Below are positions 9,690 through 19,029 of a DNA stretch of 64,000 bases, piece by piece. Position 1 is the stretch's first letter. Every line of letters starts with the position of its first letter. A program made the position numbers and the translations under genes. This DNA comes from Candidatus Omnitrophota bacterium (lineage in GTDB: Bacteria > Omnitrophota > Gorgyraeia > Zapsychrales > Fredricksoniimonadaceae). Location of the stretch: contig CAJBYM010000109.1 of the NCBI GenBank assembly GCA_903959815.1, positions 2,229-66,228 on the forward strand, given 5' to 3'. The notes under the pieces are model-generated. The model was not told where the DNA came from. It saw only the letters and a list, made by a program, of their open reading frames with translations, and did not search any database.

Positions 9690-10459
9690 CAGCTCCCCCA
9701 GAATGTCAAAATGATCTTGGTCAGGATCGTATTGGAGACGATGACCCCGACATAACACATCGCTACCGCTTCCGTCGTATAACGGCCGACACCCAGCGAC
9801 CCGCCTGTGGTAAAGAACCCTTTATAAGAACAGGTCCATCCGATGAGGATCGCAAAAAAGAACACTTTCACAAACCCCGTAAAGAAATCCACGAACCCGA
9901 GGCATTGGATCGTCTGATTCACATAATAGATCGATGGCACATTCGCTTCATGCACGCCGATCATATATCCACCCAAGATCCCCACAAGCTCTGACATAAC
10001 AACCAAGATCGGTAATACGATCAAACACGCAAGAATACGGGGCACAACAAGAAATTCCACAGGATCAACGCCCATCGTACGTGTGGCCATGATCTGGCTG
10101 TTAACACTCATAGTGCCGAGCTCAGCTGCCATACCTGCCCCTGACTTGCCTGAAAATACAAGCGCCGTAAAAACAGGGCTGAGTTCGCGCACCAAAGATA
10201 AGGCCACAAGCTGGGCGATGAATTCCTTTGCACCAAAGCGCTCCATCATAACCCGTCCCTGCATGGCGAGAACAGCGCCGGAAGCAAACGATGCCAGCAT
10301 CACAATAACAAGTGAGCGCACCCCCTGTTCAAAGACCTGTTTGAACACTTCACCCCAGCGCACACGCCCTCTCAAAACGCAAACAAACACGTCCCCCAGG
10401 AAGCATGCCCCGCGTCCTAATGATGCCACACCATTTCTGATCGGAGTCACAATGAACAT
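9689..10459 (-). CDS. mlaE: ABC transporter permease MlaE
   Basis: MlaE/Ttg2B-like permease, 256 aa. Confidence 0.85.
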   Translation of the reverse strand: MFIVTPIRNGVASLGRGACFLGDVFVCVLRGRVRWGEVFKQVFEQGVRSLVIVMLASFASGAVLAMQGRVMMERFGAKEFIAQLVALSLVRELSPVFTALVFSGKSGAGMAAELGTMSVNSQIMATRTMGVDPVEFLVVPRILACLIVLPILVVMSELVGILGGYMIGVHEANVPSIYYVNQTIQCLGFVDFFTGFVKVFFFAILIGWTCSYKGFFTTGGSLGVGRYTTEAVAMCYVGVIVSNTILTKIILTFWGS

Positions 10460-10502
10460 CTAGAGAAATTATAATCCTTTATTCGACTTTTTATCCGCAT
10501 TT

Positions 10503-11015
10503 TCAAGGTTTCTTGCGGACCCACAAGGCTTGCATTTCCTCGTCTATCTTACGCGCCACTGTATGCGGGATGACCTTGCCATCGCCCTCACGCCGGCGCG
10601 TAGCCTCAGACCGCCGCAGGGCCATTGTTTCTTCTTTATATCCTTTGGAAACAAATTCCTCGACGCTCCAGATCCGGGCACCCCGATGCCTGCAGGCCAG
10701 GGCGAGTTCCCTATCATCGGTCACACAGATGATCTCCTGCGGGTCCAAAGACCGTTCCACATATTCACGGATATGATCATCGGCCGACATACCCCGGCTG
10801 AATACAACACGCACATCCAAAGAAGGATCCATCCCCCCGCAAACATCTTCCCGCCCGTCAAAAACCACAAGGATGCCATTACGGTCGCTGCCATGCGGAC
10901 GCCGCTCGCGGATGAACCGAATAAGTCCCGTGCGCCCGTCCTCAAGACGACGCTGAGACAGGTCCGGGATCTTCTTCATCACATTGTACCCGTCGACCAG
11001 GAACTGTCGTGACAT
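10503..11015 (-). CDS. NYN-domain protein, YacP/Rae1-like
   Basis: N-terminal LVDGYNV motif typical of YacP. Confidence 0.75.
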   Translation of the reverse strand: MSRQFLVDGYNVMKKIPDLSQRRLEDGRTGLIRFIRERRPHGSDRNGILVVFDGREDVCGGMDPSLDVRVVFSRGMSADDHIREYVERSLDPQEIICVTDDRELALACRHRGARIWSVEEFVSKGYKEETMALRRSEATRRREGDGKVIPHTVARKIDEEMQALWVRKKP

Positions 11016-11934
11016 AAATCACCCCGCCTATAAGACCGATCACGATCACAAAGAAAAAGCTGATCAGACTAAGCCCGATCGCCGCATCAGCACCCACACC
11101 CACTTTTGTAAGAAAAGCCTTCCACCCAACCTCGCGCACACCAAGCCCGCCGATCGAAGGTAAGAATGTAGCCGCTGAAACGATCGGGGCAAAAATTAAA
11201 TAATGCAAAAAGCTCACAGGAAGGTGCATGGCCAGACTGATCAGATAATACAAATAAGCCCCCATGACCTGGACCACGCACGACAAAAGAATACACCCGA
11301 ATCCCGTGCGTTTCTTACCTTTCATGAGACTCACATCCTCATGCATATCCATGATCCCCTTCTGAACCCGAGGGAATTTTGAAACAATCCCGCCGAAAAA
11401 CAGATAGAACTTCTGATTAAACAGCATGCCGCCCACCAGCAAGGAAAGTATGGTCAAAATAACGATCGGAATGATCACAAGAGGAGCATCGACCATGCGG
11501 GTTCCAATGATATAGGCGATCAAGGCCACGATCACAAGCCCCGCAAAGCCACTCAAACGATCGAGCACCACCGACGCAAATACCTTGGGCCTCTGACCCA
11601 CGCCACGGCTTAAGCCAATGGCTTTGATCAAATCGCCCCCGATGGATGTGGGCAAGAAAAGATTCCCAAAAAGACCAATGAAAAAGTAGCGGCAAACTTG
11701 CCAGAATGAAGCATTCAGCCCGAGCGCCTTCATGAACAACATCCAACGCAAAAGCACAACAAACTGGATAACCACCGTCACGGCGAACGCGGCACATAAA
11801 AGCGCTGGATCAGCCTGACGAACAGCAACGATGATATCTTTCCAGTTCACCTGCATAAAAAGCCAGCCCAAAAGCACGGCACTTAAGCCCAGTCGTCCAC
11901 AAAATGAAAGCAGATTCTTTACTCTCTCCGTCAT
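10942..11934 (-). CDS. Lysylphosphatidylglycerol-synthase-TM-like (UPF0104) flippase-like membrane protein
   Basis: Polytopic membrane protein with the LPG_synthase_TM pattern, including LPTSIGGDLIK. Confidence 0.65.
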   Translation of the reverse strand: MTERVKNLLSFCGRLGLSAVLLGWLFMQVNWKDIIVAVRQADPALLCAAFAVTVVIQFVVLLRWMLFMKALGLNASFWQVCRYFFIGLFGNLFLPTSIGGDLIKAIGLSRGVGQRPKVFASVVLDRLSGFAGLVIVALIAYIIGTRMVDAPLVIIPIVILTILSLLVGGMLFNQKFYLFFGGIVSKFPRVQKGIMDMHEDVSLMKGKKRTGFGCILLSCVVQVMGAYLYYLISLAMHLPVSFLHYLIFAPIVSAATFLPSIGGLGVREVGWKAFLTKVGVGADAAIGLSLISFFFVIVIGLIGGVIYVTTVPGRRVQCDEEDPGPVSASS

Positions 11935-12836
11935 ATCGAAGCGCCCTCCAGCGCAGTACTATAAACTTCGTCAGCCATAAAAGAACTGCGGACCAGCGGA
12001 CCTGAAAAAATCTGCCTTAAGCCCGTAGCTAGCCCTTCCCGACGATACATCTCAAACACAGACGGATCAACAAACCGATCGACTGGGACCTGCCGGCCAT
12101 CCGCCTGAGGCGCCAGGTATTGCCCGACGGTCACAATATCACATCCTGCCTTTTGAAGCTCAGCCAATGCCTGCAGAACTTCCGTATCTGTTTCGCCCAA
12201 CCCGACCATGAGACCCGATTTGACCAAATGCTCACCCGGCACCTGCCGTAACATGCGCAAGGCCAACAGCGAACGATCATGATCCGCCTGAGGCCTTAAT
12301 GCGCCCGATATCCGTCGCACTGTTTCCAAATTATGCCCGATCACATCGGGCCCTGCCGCGGCCACAACTTCAAAACATTCACGTCGTGCAGAAAAGTCCG
12401 GCACTAAAACCTCAACCTTGATCCCTGCAGAGATCTCTTTCACACAACGCACAGTCTGAGCAAAATGCCCTGCACCCTCATCCGGAAGATCATCCCGCGT
12501 CACAGATGTCAGGACAACATATTTAAGTCCCAGCTCTTTGACCGCAGCCGCGATCCGCCGGGGTTCATCCTGATCAAGAGAAGAGGGATCTGCATGTTTA
12601 ACCGCACAAAACCGGCATGCACGCGTGCATGCATCTCCCAGGATCATAAACGTGGCTGTGCGCTTAGCCCAACAACGTCCCGTATTAGGACAACGAGCTC
12701 CTTCACACACCGTATGTAATGCATGTGCTTTCAACACACCGCGCATACGACCAAGAGCCGTAGCATCCGGCAACTGTTGCCTGAACCACGATGGAAGATC
12801 ACCCACGGGGTGCACGCTTTCGATGCGACGATTCAA
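11931..12836 (-). CDS. lipA: Lipoyl synthase
   Basis: CEGARCPN auxiliary cluster and CTRACRFC radical-SAM motif. Confidence 0.9.
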   Translation of the reverse strand: MNRRIESVHPVGDLPSWFRQQLPDATALGRMRGVLKAHALHTVCEGARCPNTGRCWAKRTATFMILGDACTRACRFCAVKHADPSSLDQDEPRRIAAAVKELGLKYVVLTSVTRDDLPDEGAGHFAQTVRCVKEISAGIKVEVLVPDFSARRECFEVVAAAGPDVIGHNLETVRRISGALRPQADHDRSLLALRMLRQVPGEHLVKSGLMVGLGETDTEVLQALAELQKAGCDIVTVGQYLAPQADGRQVPVDRFVDPSVFEMYRREGLATGLRQIFSGPLVRSSFMADEVYSTALEGASI

Positions 12837-13317
12837 GCGCGGCCAGTTGATCTTTAAATTTCAATTTTTCCGCTCGGGAGGCGTGATCAATGATCGCGCG
12901 CCCGTTTAAGTGATCGATCTCATGCTGAAAAACTTTCGCAGGGATGCCGGTCAATTCCGCTTCGATCGTTTCATTACGCTCACTCAAATACTTCACACGG
13001 ATAGCCTCGGGACGCTTGACTTTGATATGAATACCTGGAAAACTTAAACACCCCTCTTCCAGGACTGTCTGTTTAACAGATGCCTGAATGATCTCGGGAT
13101 TAATGACGGCAAAAGGCCCTTCACCGATATCCGCCACAAAGATCTTGGCTTCGATCCCGACCTGATTAGCGGCAAGCCCCGTGCCGTCAAAAGCATACAT
13201 GGCAGGGATCATCTCCCTGATCAGCATCCTCTCCGCCGGGCCAACCGCAAGGACAGGCCGTGCAGGTTTGCGCAAACACGGATCACCGTAAGTTCTAAGC
13301 CTTAATTTTATTGTCAT
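12799..13317 (-). CDS. def: Peptide deformylase
   Basis: EGCLSFPG and QHEIDHLNG motifs. Confidence 0.9.
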   Translation of the reverse strand: MTIKLRLRTYGDPCLRKPARPVLAVGPAERMLIREMIPAMYAFDGTGLAANQVGIEAKIFVADIGEGPFAVINPEIIQASVKQTVLEEGCLSFPGIHIKVKRPEAIRVKYLSERNETIEAELTGIPAKVFQHEIDHLNGRAIIDHASRAEKLKFKDQLAALESSHRKRAPRG

Positions 13318-13645
13318 CGGTTAAATGCGCTGTGCGGATCTTCATCGTCTTGGCCTCATCAGGAGTGATCAGGGCATAACTGACGATGATGAGTTTATCG
13401 CCAACATAACCCATGCGCGCGGCAGGGCCATTAAGACAAACATGGCCGGAACCAGCTTTGCCGGCAATGACATACGTTTCCAGGCGCGCACCATTATTCA
13501 CATTGAAGATCTCAACCTTCTCGCCGGGAAGAATACCCACGGCCTGGATGATATCCTCATCAATGGTAATGCTGCCTTCATAATAAAGTTCAGCTGCCGT
13601 AACGCGGGCATTGGAGATCTTGGCTTTACAGAACGTGAGGAACAT
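13295..13645 (-). CDS. panD: Aspartate 1-decarboxylase
   Basis: GSITID pyruvoyl-processing motif, 116 aa. Confidence 0.9.
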   Translation of the reverse strand: MFLTFCKAKISNARVTAAELYYEGSITIDEDIIQAVGILPGEKVEIFNVNNGARLETYVIAGKAGSGHVCLNGPAARMGYVGDKLIIVSYALITPDEAKTMKIRTAHLTDDNKIKA

Positions 13646-13675
13646 AGTCGGAAAAACTCCTTCAGCAGCCCTCTG

Positions 13676-13999
13676 TTAGATCTGGGCTTTTAATTTTTCG
13701 AGCAAGCGAACTTTAGGAAGCGCGCCCACCATCTGGTCAACGACCTGACCATTTTTAAAGATAAGAAGTGTGGGGATCGAAGCCACATCAAACCGTGCCG
13801 CCAGATCCGGCGAATCATCAACATTAACCTTGCACACCTTGGCCTGCGCGGCCAGTTCAACGGCGATCTCATCGACAATAGGTAAAACCATCCGGCAAGG
13901 ACCGCACCATTCAGCCCAAAAATCGACCAGGACCGGAACCGTGGATTTCAAAACTTCAGCTTCAAAATTATCTGCTGTTACTTTAATGGCAGCACCCAT
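13676..13999 (-). CDS. trxA: Thioredoxin
   Basis: WAEWCGPCRM active site. Confidence 0.9.
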   Translation of the reverse strand: MGAAIKVTADNFEAEVLKSTVPVLVDFWAEWCGPCRMVLPIVDEIAVELAAQAKVCKVNVDDSPDLAARFDVASIPTLLIFKNGQVVDQMVGALPKVRLLEKLKAQI

Positions 14000-14097
14000 A
14001 AAATCCTCCTTGAATAATAAATACTAATTAAGTGGCTCATTATAATGACCACAACCCTGGGCCGCAAGTACTTTCAGCCGATGCTTCAAGCAAAAAA

Positions 14098-14238
14098 TCA
14101 ACGCCCTTTATTGGACGGGCCCATCGCTTTTGTCGGACGAACGGGCGAAACCTTAAACCCCGTGCCCTTTTTATTGCCCTGATCCCGCAAAAGACGGGCA
14201 ATGTCTTTCTGACGGTTGTTCGGAATCCCTTTTGACAT
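14098..14238 (-). CDS. Candidate small basic protein (46 aa), not in the ORF track
   Basis: ATG at 14238 is preceded by AAGGGGGAGG with a 5-nt spacer. Product is MSKGIPNNRQKDIARLLRDQGNKKGTGFKVSPVRPTKAMGPSNKGR. Confidence 0.35.
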   Translation of the reverse strand: MSKGIPNNRQKDIARLLRDQGNKKGTGFKVSPVRPTKAMGPSNKGR

Positions 14239-14255
14239 AAATCCTCCCCCTTGCT

Positions 14256-15008
14256 TTAAAATCGGTATGTCAACCCTGCGACAGCGCTCACAACATAATT
14301 CTTATCAATGATCGGACTTTTCCGGATCGTACTTCCCAGCGATTCCACCCCCAGCATCGTAACAACAATAAGTCTCTTGGAAAGACCGGTGGTGAAAAGC
14401 ATGTTCGCAAAAGGAACCATGGCCCCGTCCGGTGTATAGGCCGGTCGGCCAGCGCGAACTTCACTGTCACGCACCCCATAATAATAATCCACCAAAGATT
14501 TGCTCTGATATCGCACGCCCAATGACGGGACTACGCGAACAATATTCCATTTAAAAGAACGACGCAGCCAAAGCTCATACTCCAGACCATCAGAACGTCC
14601 CAACGTATCGGCAAGGACTTTGCCGCCAAGGATGACCCGATCCCATGGCAAAGCATACTCTGCCTTAACGCCAGCATCAACAGATCCGCGACGATCGTCC
14701 ATCCCGCTCAATGTCGAACTATCCTCGGAACTATACCCCATGAACCGGGGCACAACAATAGCGCTCAGCGCCCAATCTTCATTCTTGAAGAAACGGTATC
14801 CCATCTCGACGCCCTTGATATAAAAATTCTTGTACTCACCCGTCAAGAACGGCAGCGGCGACACCCTCGTCTTAACACCTTCATAAGGCCTGGTCGAAAC
14901 GATCATACCTGCGCCTGCCAGATTCAACACCTCTTTATCAACTGCTGCAAAAACCTGAGAACAGATGCCCATGAGCAATACGATCAACAATCCAATGCGT
15001 AACATCAT
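14256..15008 (-). CDS. MipA/OmpV-family outer membrane protein
   Basis: Signal peptide ending VFA-AV, beta-strand-rich, C-terminal YRF. ATG ATG at 15008 with a GAGG Shine-Dalgarno. The track start at 15044 is a TTG. Confidence 0.7.
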   Translation of the reverse strand: MMLRIGLLIVLLMGICSQVFAAVDKEVLNLAGAGMIVSTRPYEGVKTRVSPLPFLTGEYKNFYIKGVEMGYRFFKNEDWALSAIVVPRFMGYSSEDSSTLSGMDDRRGSVDAGVKAEYALPWDRVILGGKVLADTLGRSDGLEYELWLRRSFKWNIVRVVPSLGVRYQSKSLVDYYYGVRDSEVRAGRPAYTPDGAMVPFANMLFTTGLSKRLIVVTMLGVESLGSTIRKSPIIDKNYVVSAVAGLTYRF

Positions 15009-15110
15009 AAACCTCAACTTATAAGGACCCGTCCTGTAGCCCAAGGTTAAAAAGAGAATAAATAACTATACCAAATGATGTAACAACCAGGGAGTGGTTT
15101 TTACATCCTA

Positions 15111-15947
15111 TTATTCCACCAGCTTCGCCGTCACGCTTGTGAAAACCGGTGCTTTGATCACAACCTCAAGCGGCAACTTTCTCTCATCATCGGTCACATA
15201 TCCGCTGGCACGTCCTTCACGGAACTCATCGCCGTTGATCTTTGCAAAAGGAATAAGGTGCAGCACGGCGCGATGATTTAACTGAGAACGGCCTCCTGTC
15301 GACACATAAAGATCATAAACTTTTTCGCTATTGCAAACTTTGAAGGTAAACATTTTACCTGGAACCAATGGCAAAAGACGGCCCATATAAGCCGCGGTCA
15401 AGGAATCCTGCACACCCGCCGGGATATCAAAGGTCTTTTCTGTCCCATCCGCCGCATTCTTAAAATAAGCCTTGCCTGCCTGATGATCAAAGTCTGTGAC
15501 GGCATCTTTATGGTACGAACCTTCATGACGATGTTCTTCATACCGCAGCGAGTAAAGGTTCTCCGCATCAAAATAAGAACGGTAATGATCATCGACCCGG
15601 TAAAATGTAGAAATAAAACCGGATGTGCGCCCCGTAACCTCCAATAAATAACACGAGCGGCCCTTCCAATCAACCTTACCCCGGATCTCAGCCACCAGTT
15701 CGCCCGCCGTGATCCCCATCCATTTCACCCGAAAAACCAAACGCTCATGTTCCGGCAAAGCCTGCCGCACAGAAACAGCTGTAGCCACCTCGACTCTGGA
15801 TAACATCTCTTGCGAAGAGACTTTGAGCGTAGACGCGCAGCCGCCCAAACTTTGAAGAGCCGCCACAGCAAGACCCAAAAGAAATATGTTAAACTTCTTT
15901 ATAGGAGGCATCTGAAAATTATAATGAATACCGTTATGCTCTTTCAT
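15111..15947 (-). CDS. DUF3108-like lipoprotein
   Basis: Possible lipobox LGGCAS if translation starts at the internal M (15911). DUF3108-like pattern. Family call is tentative. Confidence 0.5.
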   Translation of the reverse strand: MKEHNGIHYNFQMPPIKKFNIFLLGLAVAALQSLGGCASTLKVSSQEMLSRVEVATAVSVRQALPEHERLVFRVKWMGITAGELVAEIRGKVDWKGRSCYLLEVTGRTSGFISTFYRVDDHYRSYFDAENLYSLRYEEHRHEGSYHKDAVTDFDHQAGKAYFKNAADGTEKTFDIPAGVQDSLTAAYMGRLLPLVPGKMFTFKVCNSEKVYDLYVSTGGRSQLNHRAVLHLIPFAKINGDEFREGRASGYVTDDERKLPLEVVIKAPVFTSVTAKLVE

Positions 15948-15977
15948 TAGACTTTATTCTACCAAGGCAGGTGACTT

Positions 15978-17312
15978 ATGGCAGAAAAAACCACCAAATT
16001 ATTCGTCCTTGATACGAACGTCATCCTCCACGACAGTGCCTGTCTTCACCAGTTCAAAGAACACGATGTTGTCATCCCCATCACCGTCATTGAAGAACTC
16101 GATAAATTCAAAAAGGGCAATGAGACCTTAAACTTCCACGCACGTCATTTCCTCAAAGAACTCGATAAGATCTCATCCGAAGGCATTTTCAACGGCGGCA
16201 TCCCGATCGGTAAAAAGAAAGGGCTGCTCATCGTAAAGCTCGACCAAAAGTTCCATGCAGACCTGAAACCCAACTTCGAATCGGACAAACCCGACCACAA
16301 GATCCTCAATTGTGCTTATTGCCTTTCCAAAGAAAACCCTAACCGCGAAGTCACCTTGGTCACCAAAGACGTGAATCTGCGTGTCAAGGCCAAGGCCGCG
16401 CATCTGATCGCGGAAGATTACACCACCGATCACGTCAAAGATATTTCGACCATCTATAAAGGCTACCGCTTTGAAGAGAACGTCTCCCGTGAGACGATCA
16501 ACCGCCTGTGCCACGATGCCAGCGGCGTTTCGCCCAAGAATTTCAAATCACGCACACGGCTGCACCCCAATGAATTCATCGTCGCCCGCAATAAGGAAAT
16601 GTCCGCTCTTGGCTACGTCGACCCTCAAGACATGATGGTTAAACACATTACCAAGATCCAGGCCTCTGACATCAAACCCCGTAACGTCGAACAGATGTTC
16701 GCCCTGCATGCACTGATGAACGAGCATATCCGGCTGGTCACCGTCTCCGGAAAAGCGGGAACAGGAAAAACGCTCCTGGCGCTCGCAGCCGCGCTCGAAC
16801 AAAAAGACAACTACAAGCAGATCTTCCTTGCACGTCCCATCGTCGCTTTATCCAATCGCGACCTGGGATACTTGCCCGGCAGCATCGATGAAAAGATCGG
16901 ACCCTACATGCAGCCGTTATACGATAACCTGGGTGTCATCCAGGACCGGCTGATCGAGAACGTAGAACGGCGCGGCAAAAAATTCCAGAAGCTCCTCGAT
17001 GAAGAAAAACTCGTGATCGCGCCTCTGGCCTATATCCGCGGACGAAGCCTGGTCGACACTTACTTCATTGTTGATGAAGCACAAAACCTCACGCCCCATG
17101 AAATCAAAACCATCATCACCCGTGCGGGCGAAAACACAAAGATGGTCTTCACCGGTGACATTTTCCAGATCGACCATCCTTATCTGGATATTTATTCCAA
17201 TGGATTAAGCTACCTGATCGATAAGATGCAGGGCCAAAAACTTTACACCCACATTTTCCTGGAAAAAGGCGAACGTTCCGAATTGGCAGAGCTGGCCAGC
17301 GACTTGTTATAA
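15978..17312 (+). CDS. PhoH2: N-terminal PIN domain fused to a PhoH-like ATPase
   Basis: N-terminal VLDTNVILHD PIN acidic motif. Walker A GKAGTGKT in the PhoH domain. Confidence 0.85.
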   Translation: MAEKTTKLFVLDTNVILHDSACLHQFKEHDVVIPITVIEELDKFKKGNETLNFHARHFLKELDKISSEGIFNGGIPIGKKKGLLIVKLDQKFHADLKPNFESDKPDHKILNCAYCLSKENPNREVTLVTKDVNLRVKAKAAHLIAEDYTTDHVKDISTIYKGYRFEENVSRETINRLCHDASGVSPKNFKSRTRLHPNEFIVARNKEMSALGYVDPQDMMVKHITKIQASDIKPRNVEQMFALHALMNEHIRLVTVSGKAGTGKTLLALAAALEQKDNYKQIFLARPIVALSNRDLGYLPGSIDEKIGPYMQPLYDNLGVIQDRLIENVERRGKKFQKLLDEEKLVIAPLAYIRGRSLVDTYFIVDEAQNLTPHEIKTIITRAGENTKMVFTGDIFQIDHPYLDIYSNGLSYLIDKMQGQKLYTHIFLEKGERSELAELASDLL

Positions 17313-17326
17313 AAACCGAAGGAGTA

Positions 17327-17656
17327 TTACCACTTCTTAAACACGAAGAATACAGCGGCGAGGATAAAGAGGAAGCCGACAATATAGTTCCATTTCAATT
17401 CTTCTTTGAGATACAAGACCGAGAACACACAAAAAACAAGGAGCGTAATAACCTCCTGGATCATCTTTAACTGCCCCGTTGTGAACTGTGACGATCCCCA
17501 ACGGTTCGCAGGCACCATAAAACAATATTCCACAAAAGCGATGCCCCAACTGACCAGGATCACAAGCCACAAGGCCTTATCTTTAAATCTCAAATGCCCA
17601 TACCAGGCAAATGTCATAAAGATATTAGAGATGGTCAAAAGGATGATCGTTGTCAT
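17327..17656 (-). CDS. DMT-superfamily small membrane protein (DUF486-like)
   Basis: 109 aa with four TM helices. Confidence 0.55.
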   Translation of the reverse strand: MTTIILLTISNIFMTFAWYGHLRFKDKALWLVILVSWGIAFVEYCFMVPANRWGSSQFTTGQLKMIQEVITLLVFCVFSVLYLKEELKWNYIVGFLFILAAVFFVFKKW

Positions 17657-18885
17657 GCCTTAACTTTCTTCGCGATCGCGCGCGCTGCGGCCATGGCACT
17701 GGCCCACGCCCAATGCAGATTAAATCCCCCGATACGCCCGTCGACATCCACAACCTCTCCCGCAAAATAAAGATTTTCCTGCAACCGGGATTCAAGGGTC
17801 GCTCCTTTAAGTTCATTGAGATCCACGCCACCGGCCGTCACCTCAGCTTTATCGTAGCCCATCGCTTCCTGGATCGGAAGCACACAGCCCCTGAGCATTC
17901 CTGCCAATGCCTTCTTTTCTTTTTGGCTCATCTCACCCAAAAATAACCGGGGATCAAGACCTGCTGATTCGATCAAAGCAATCGCCAGACGTTCCGGAAG
18001 AAATTGCGAAACAATATTCTTCACACTGCGCTTGAGGGACGTAGGCGCAAGCAAAAACTCAATGCCATCCCCCTTCATCTGCGGCATAAAATCCGCACTG
18101 ATTCCACAACCCGGCTTAGCTTTGACCACCGACCAGTGACCGCTCATTTCCATGGGTGCCGGACCACTGAAACCATTATGCGTAAAAAGAAGCGGCCCCT
18201 CCAGCGAGCGCAGCTTGCGGCCTTCAGCCCAAAGCGACAAACGCACGGGCACAACGATCCCCGCCAGATTGGAAAAAATGCTGTCAGGCGCAAGAAACGG
18301 CGTTAACGCCGGACGTGTGGGGACGATCTTATGCCCGAACATCCCGGCCAAAACATATCCCGCTCCATCCGAGCCCGTGGCCGGATACGACAAGCCGCCC
18401 GTCGTTACGAGGACGGCGCGCGCGCATTCGATATGTTCCTGCCCAATAACATTGAATGCCGCATCCTGAAGCGCCAAGGCATTAACACGCCAATTATAAG
18501 TCATATGAGCACCACTCTCCAAAGCCGCACGTACCAGTGCATCCCGGACCGTACGGGCTTTATCATCCGCGGAAAAGAATTCGCCCGTTTCCTGCAGGGC
18601 CAGCGGCGCACCCCAGCGTTCAAAGAAATCAACAGCCTGCGCAGGTGTGAAAGTCTTCAAGACATGGCGCAAGATATGCGGACAGCCAGCCGAATAATCT
18701 TTCTCCCCCAAACGCGCGTTGGTGACATTGCAACGCCCCCCGCCGGAAATAAGGATCTTCAAGCCGGGCTCGCGCTGGCCTTCCAAAACAAGGACATCCA
18801 ACCCCAAATGCGACGCTTCCGCGGCGGCCATCAGCCCCGCAGCACCAGCGCCAATGATGATAAGATCGTAAGTATGTTTTTTCAT
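17653..18885 (-). CDS. HI0933-family flavoprotein (NAD(P)/FAD-dependent oxidoreductase)
   Basis: MKKHTYDLIIIGAGAAG dinucleotide-binding start. I prefer the ATG at 18885 over the TTG at 18918. Confidence 0.8.
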   Translation of the reverse strand: MKKHTYDLIIIGAGAAGLMAAAEASHLGLDVLVLEGQREPGLKILISGGGRCNVTNARLGEKDYSAGCPHILRHVLKTFTPAQAVDFFERWGAPLALQETGEFFSADDKARTVRDALVRAALESGAHMTYNWRVNALALQDAAFNVIGQEHIECARAVLVTTGGLSYPATGSDGAGYVLAGMFGHKIVPTRPALTPFLAPDSIFSNLAGIVVPVRLSLWAEGRKLRSLEGPLLFTHNGFSGPAPMEMSGHWSVVKAKPGCGISADFMPQMKGDGIEFLLAPTSLKRSVKNIVSQFLPERLAIALIESAGLDPRLFLGEMSQKEKKALAGMLRGCVLPIQEAMGYDKAEVTAGGVDLNELKGATLESRLQENLYFAGEVVDVDGRIGGFNLHWAWASAMAAARAIAKKVKA

Positions 18886-19029
18886 AAAAAACATTATAGC
18901 GAAAAAAACAGGTCTCAACCGTTAAAAACTTGACAAAAGTGCTATAATTCCAATTCTTATACCGCTTCATTCGGAAAGCCCTCCTAGACAATTAGGCCTA
19001 GCGACTCACCGAAATACAAAATTGGAACC

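Noticed and set aside
14032-14235. Plus-strand 67-aa ORF between trxA and the MipA gene
   Set aside because: No Shine-Dalgarno and an unusual composition. The antisense 46-aa frame has a strong GGAGG Shine-Dalgarno and a canonical ATG.
18931-18950. TTGACA followed by TATAAT upstream of the SulP gene
   Set aside because: The hexamers are only 7 bp apart, which is incompatible with a sigma-70 promoter. It may still be part of a divergent promoter region, but I cannot call it.
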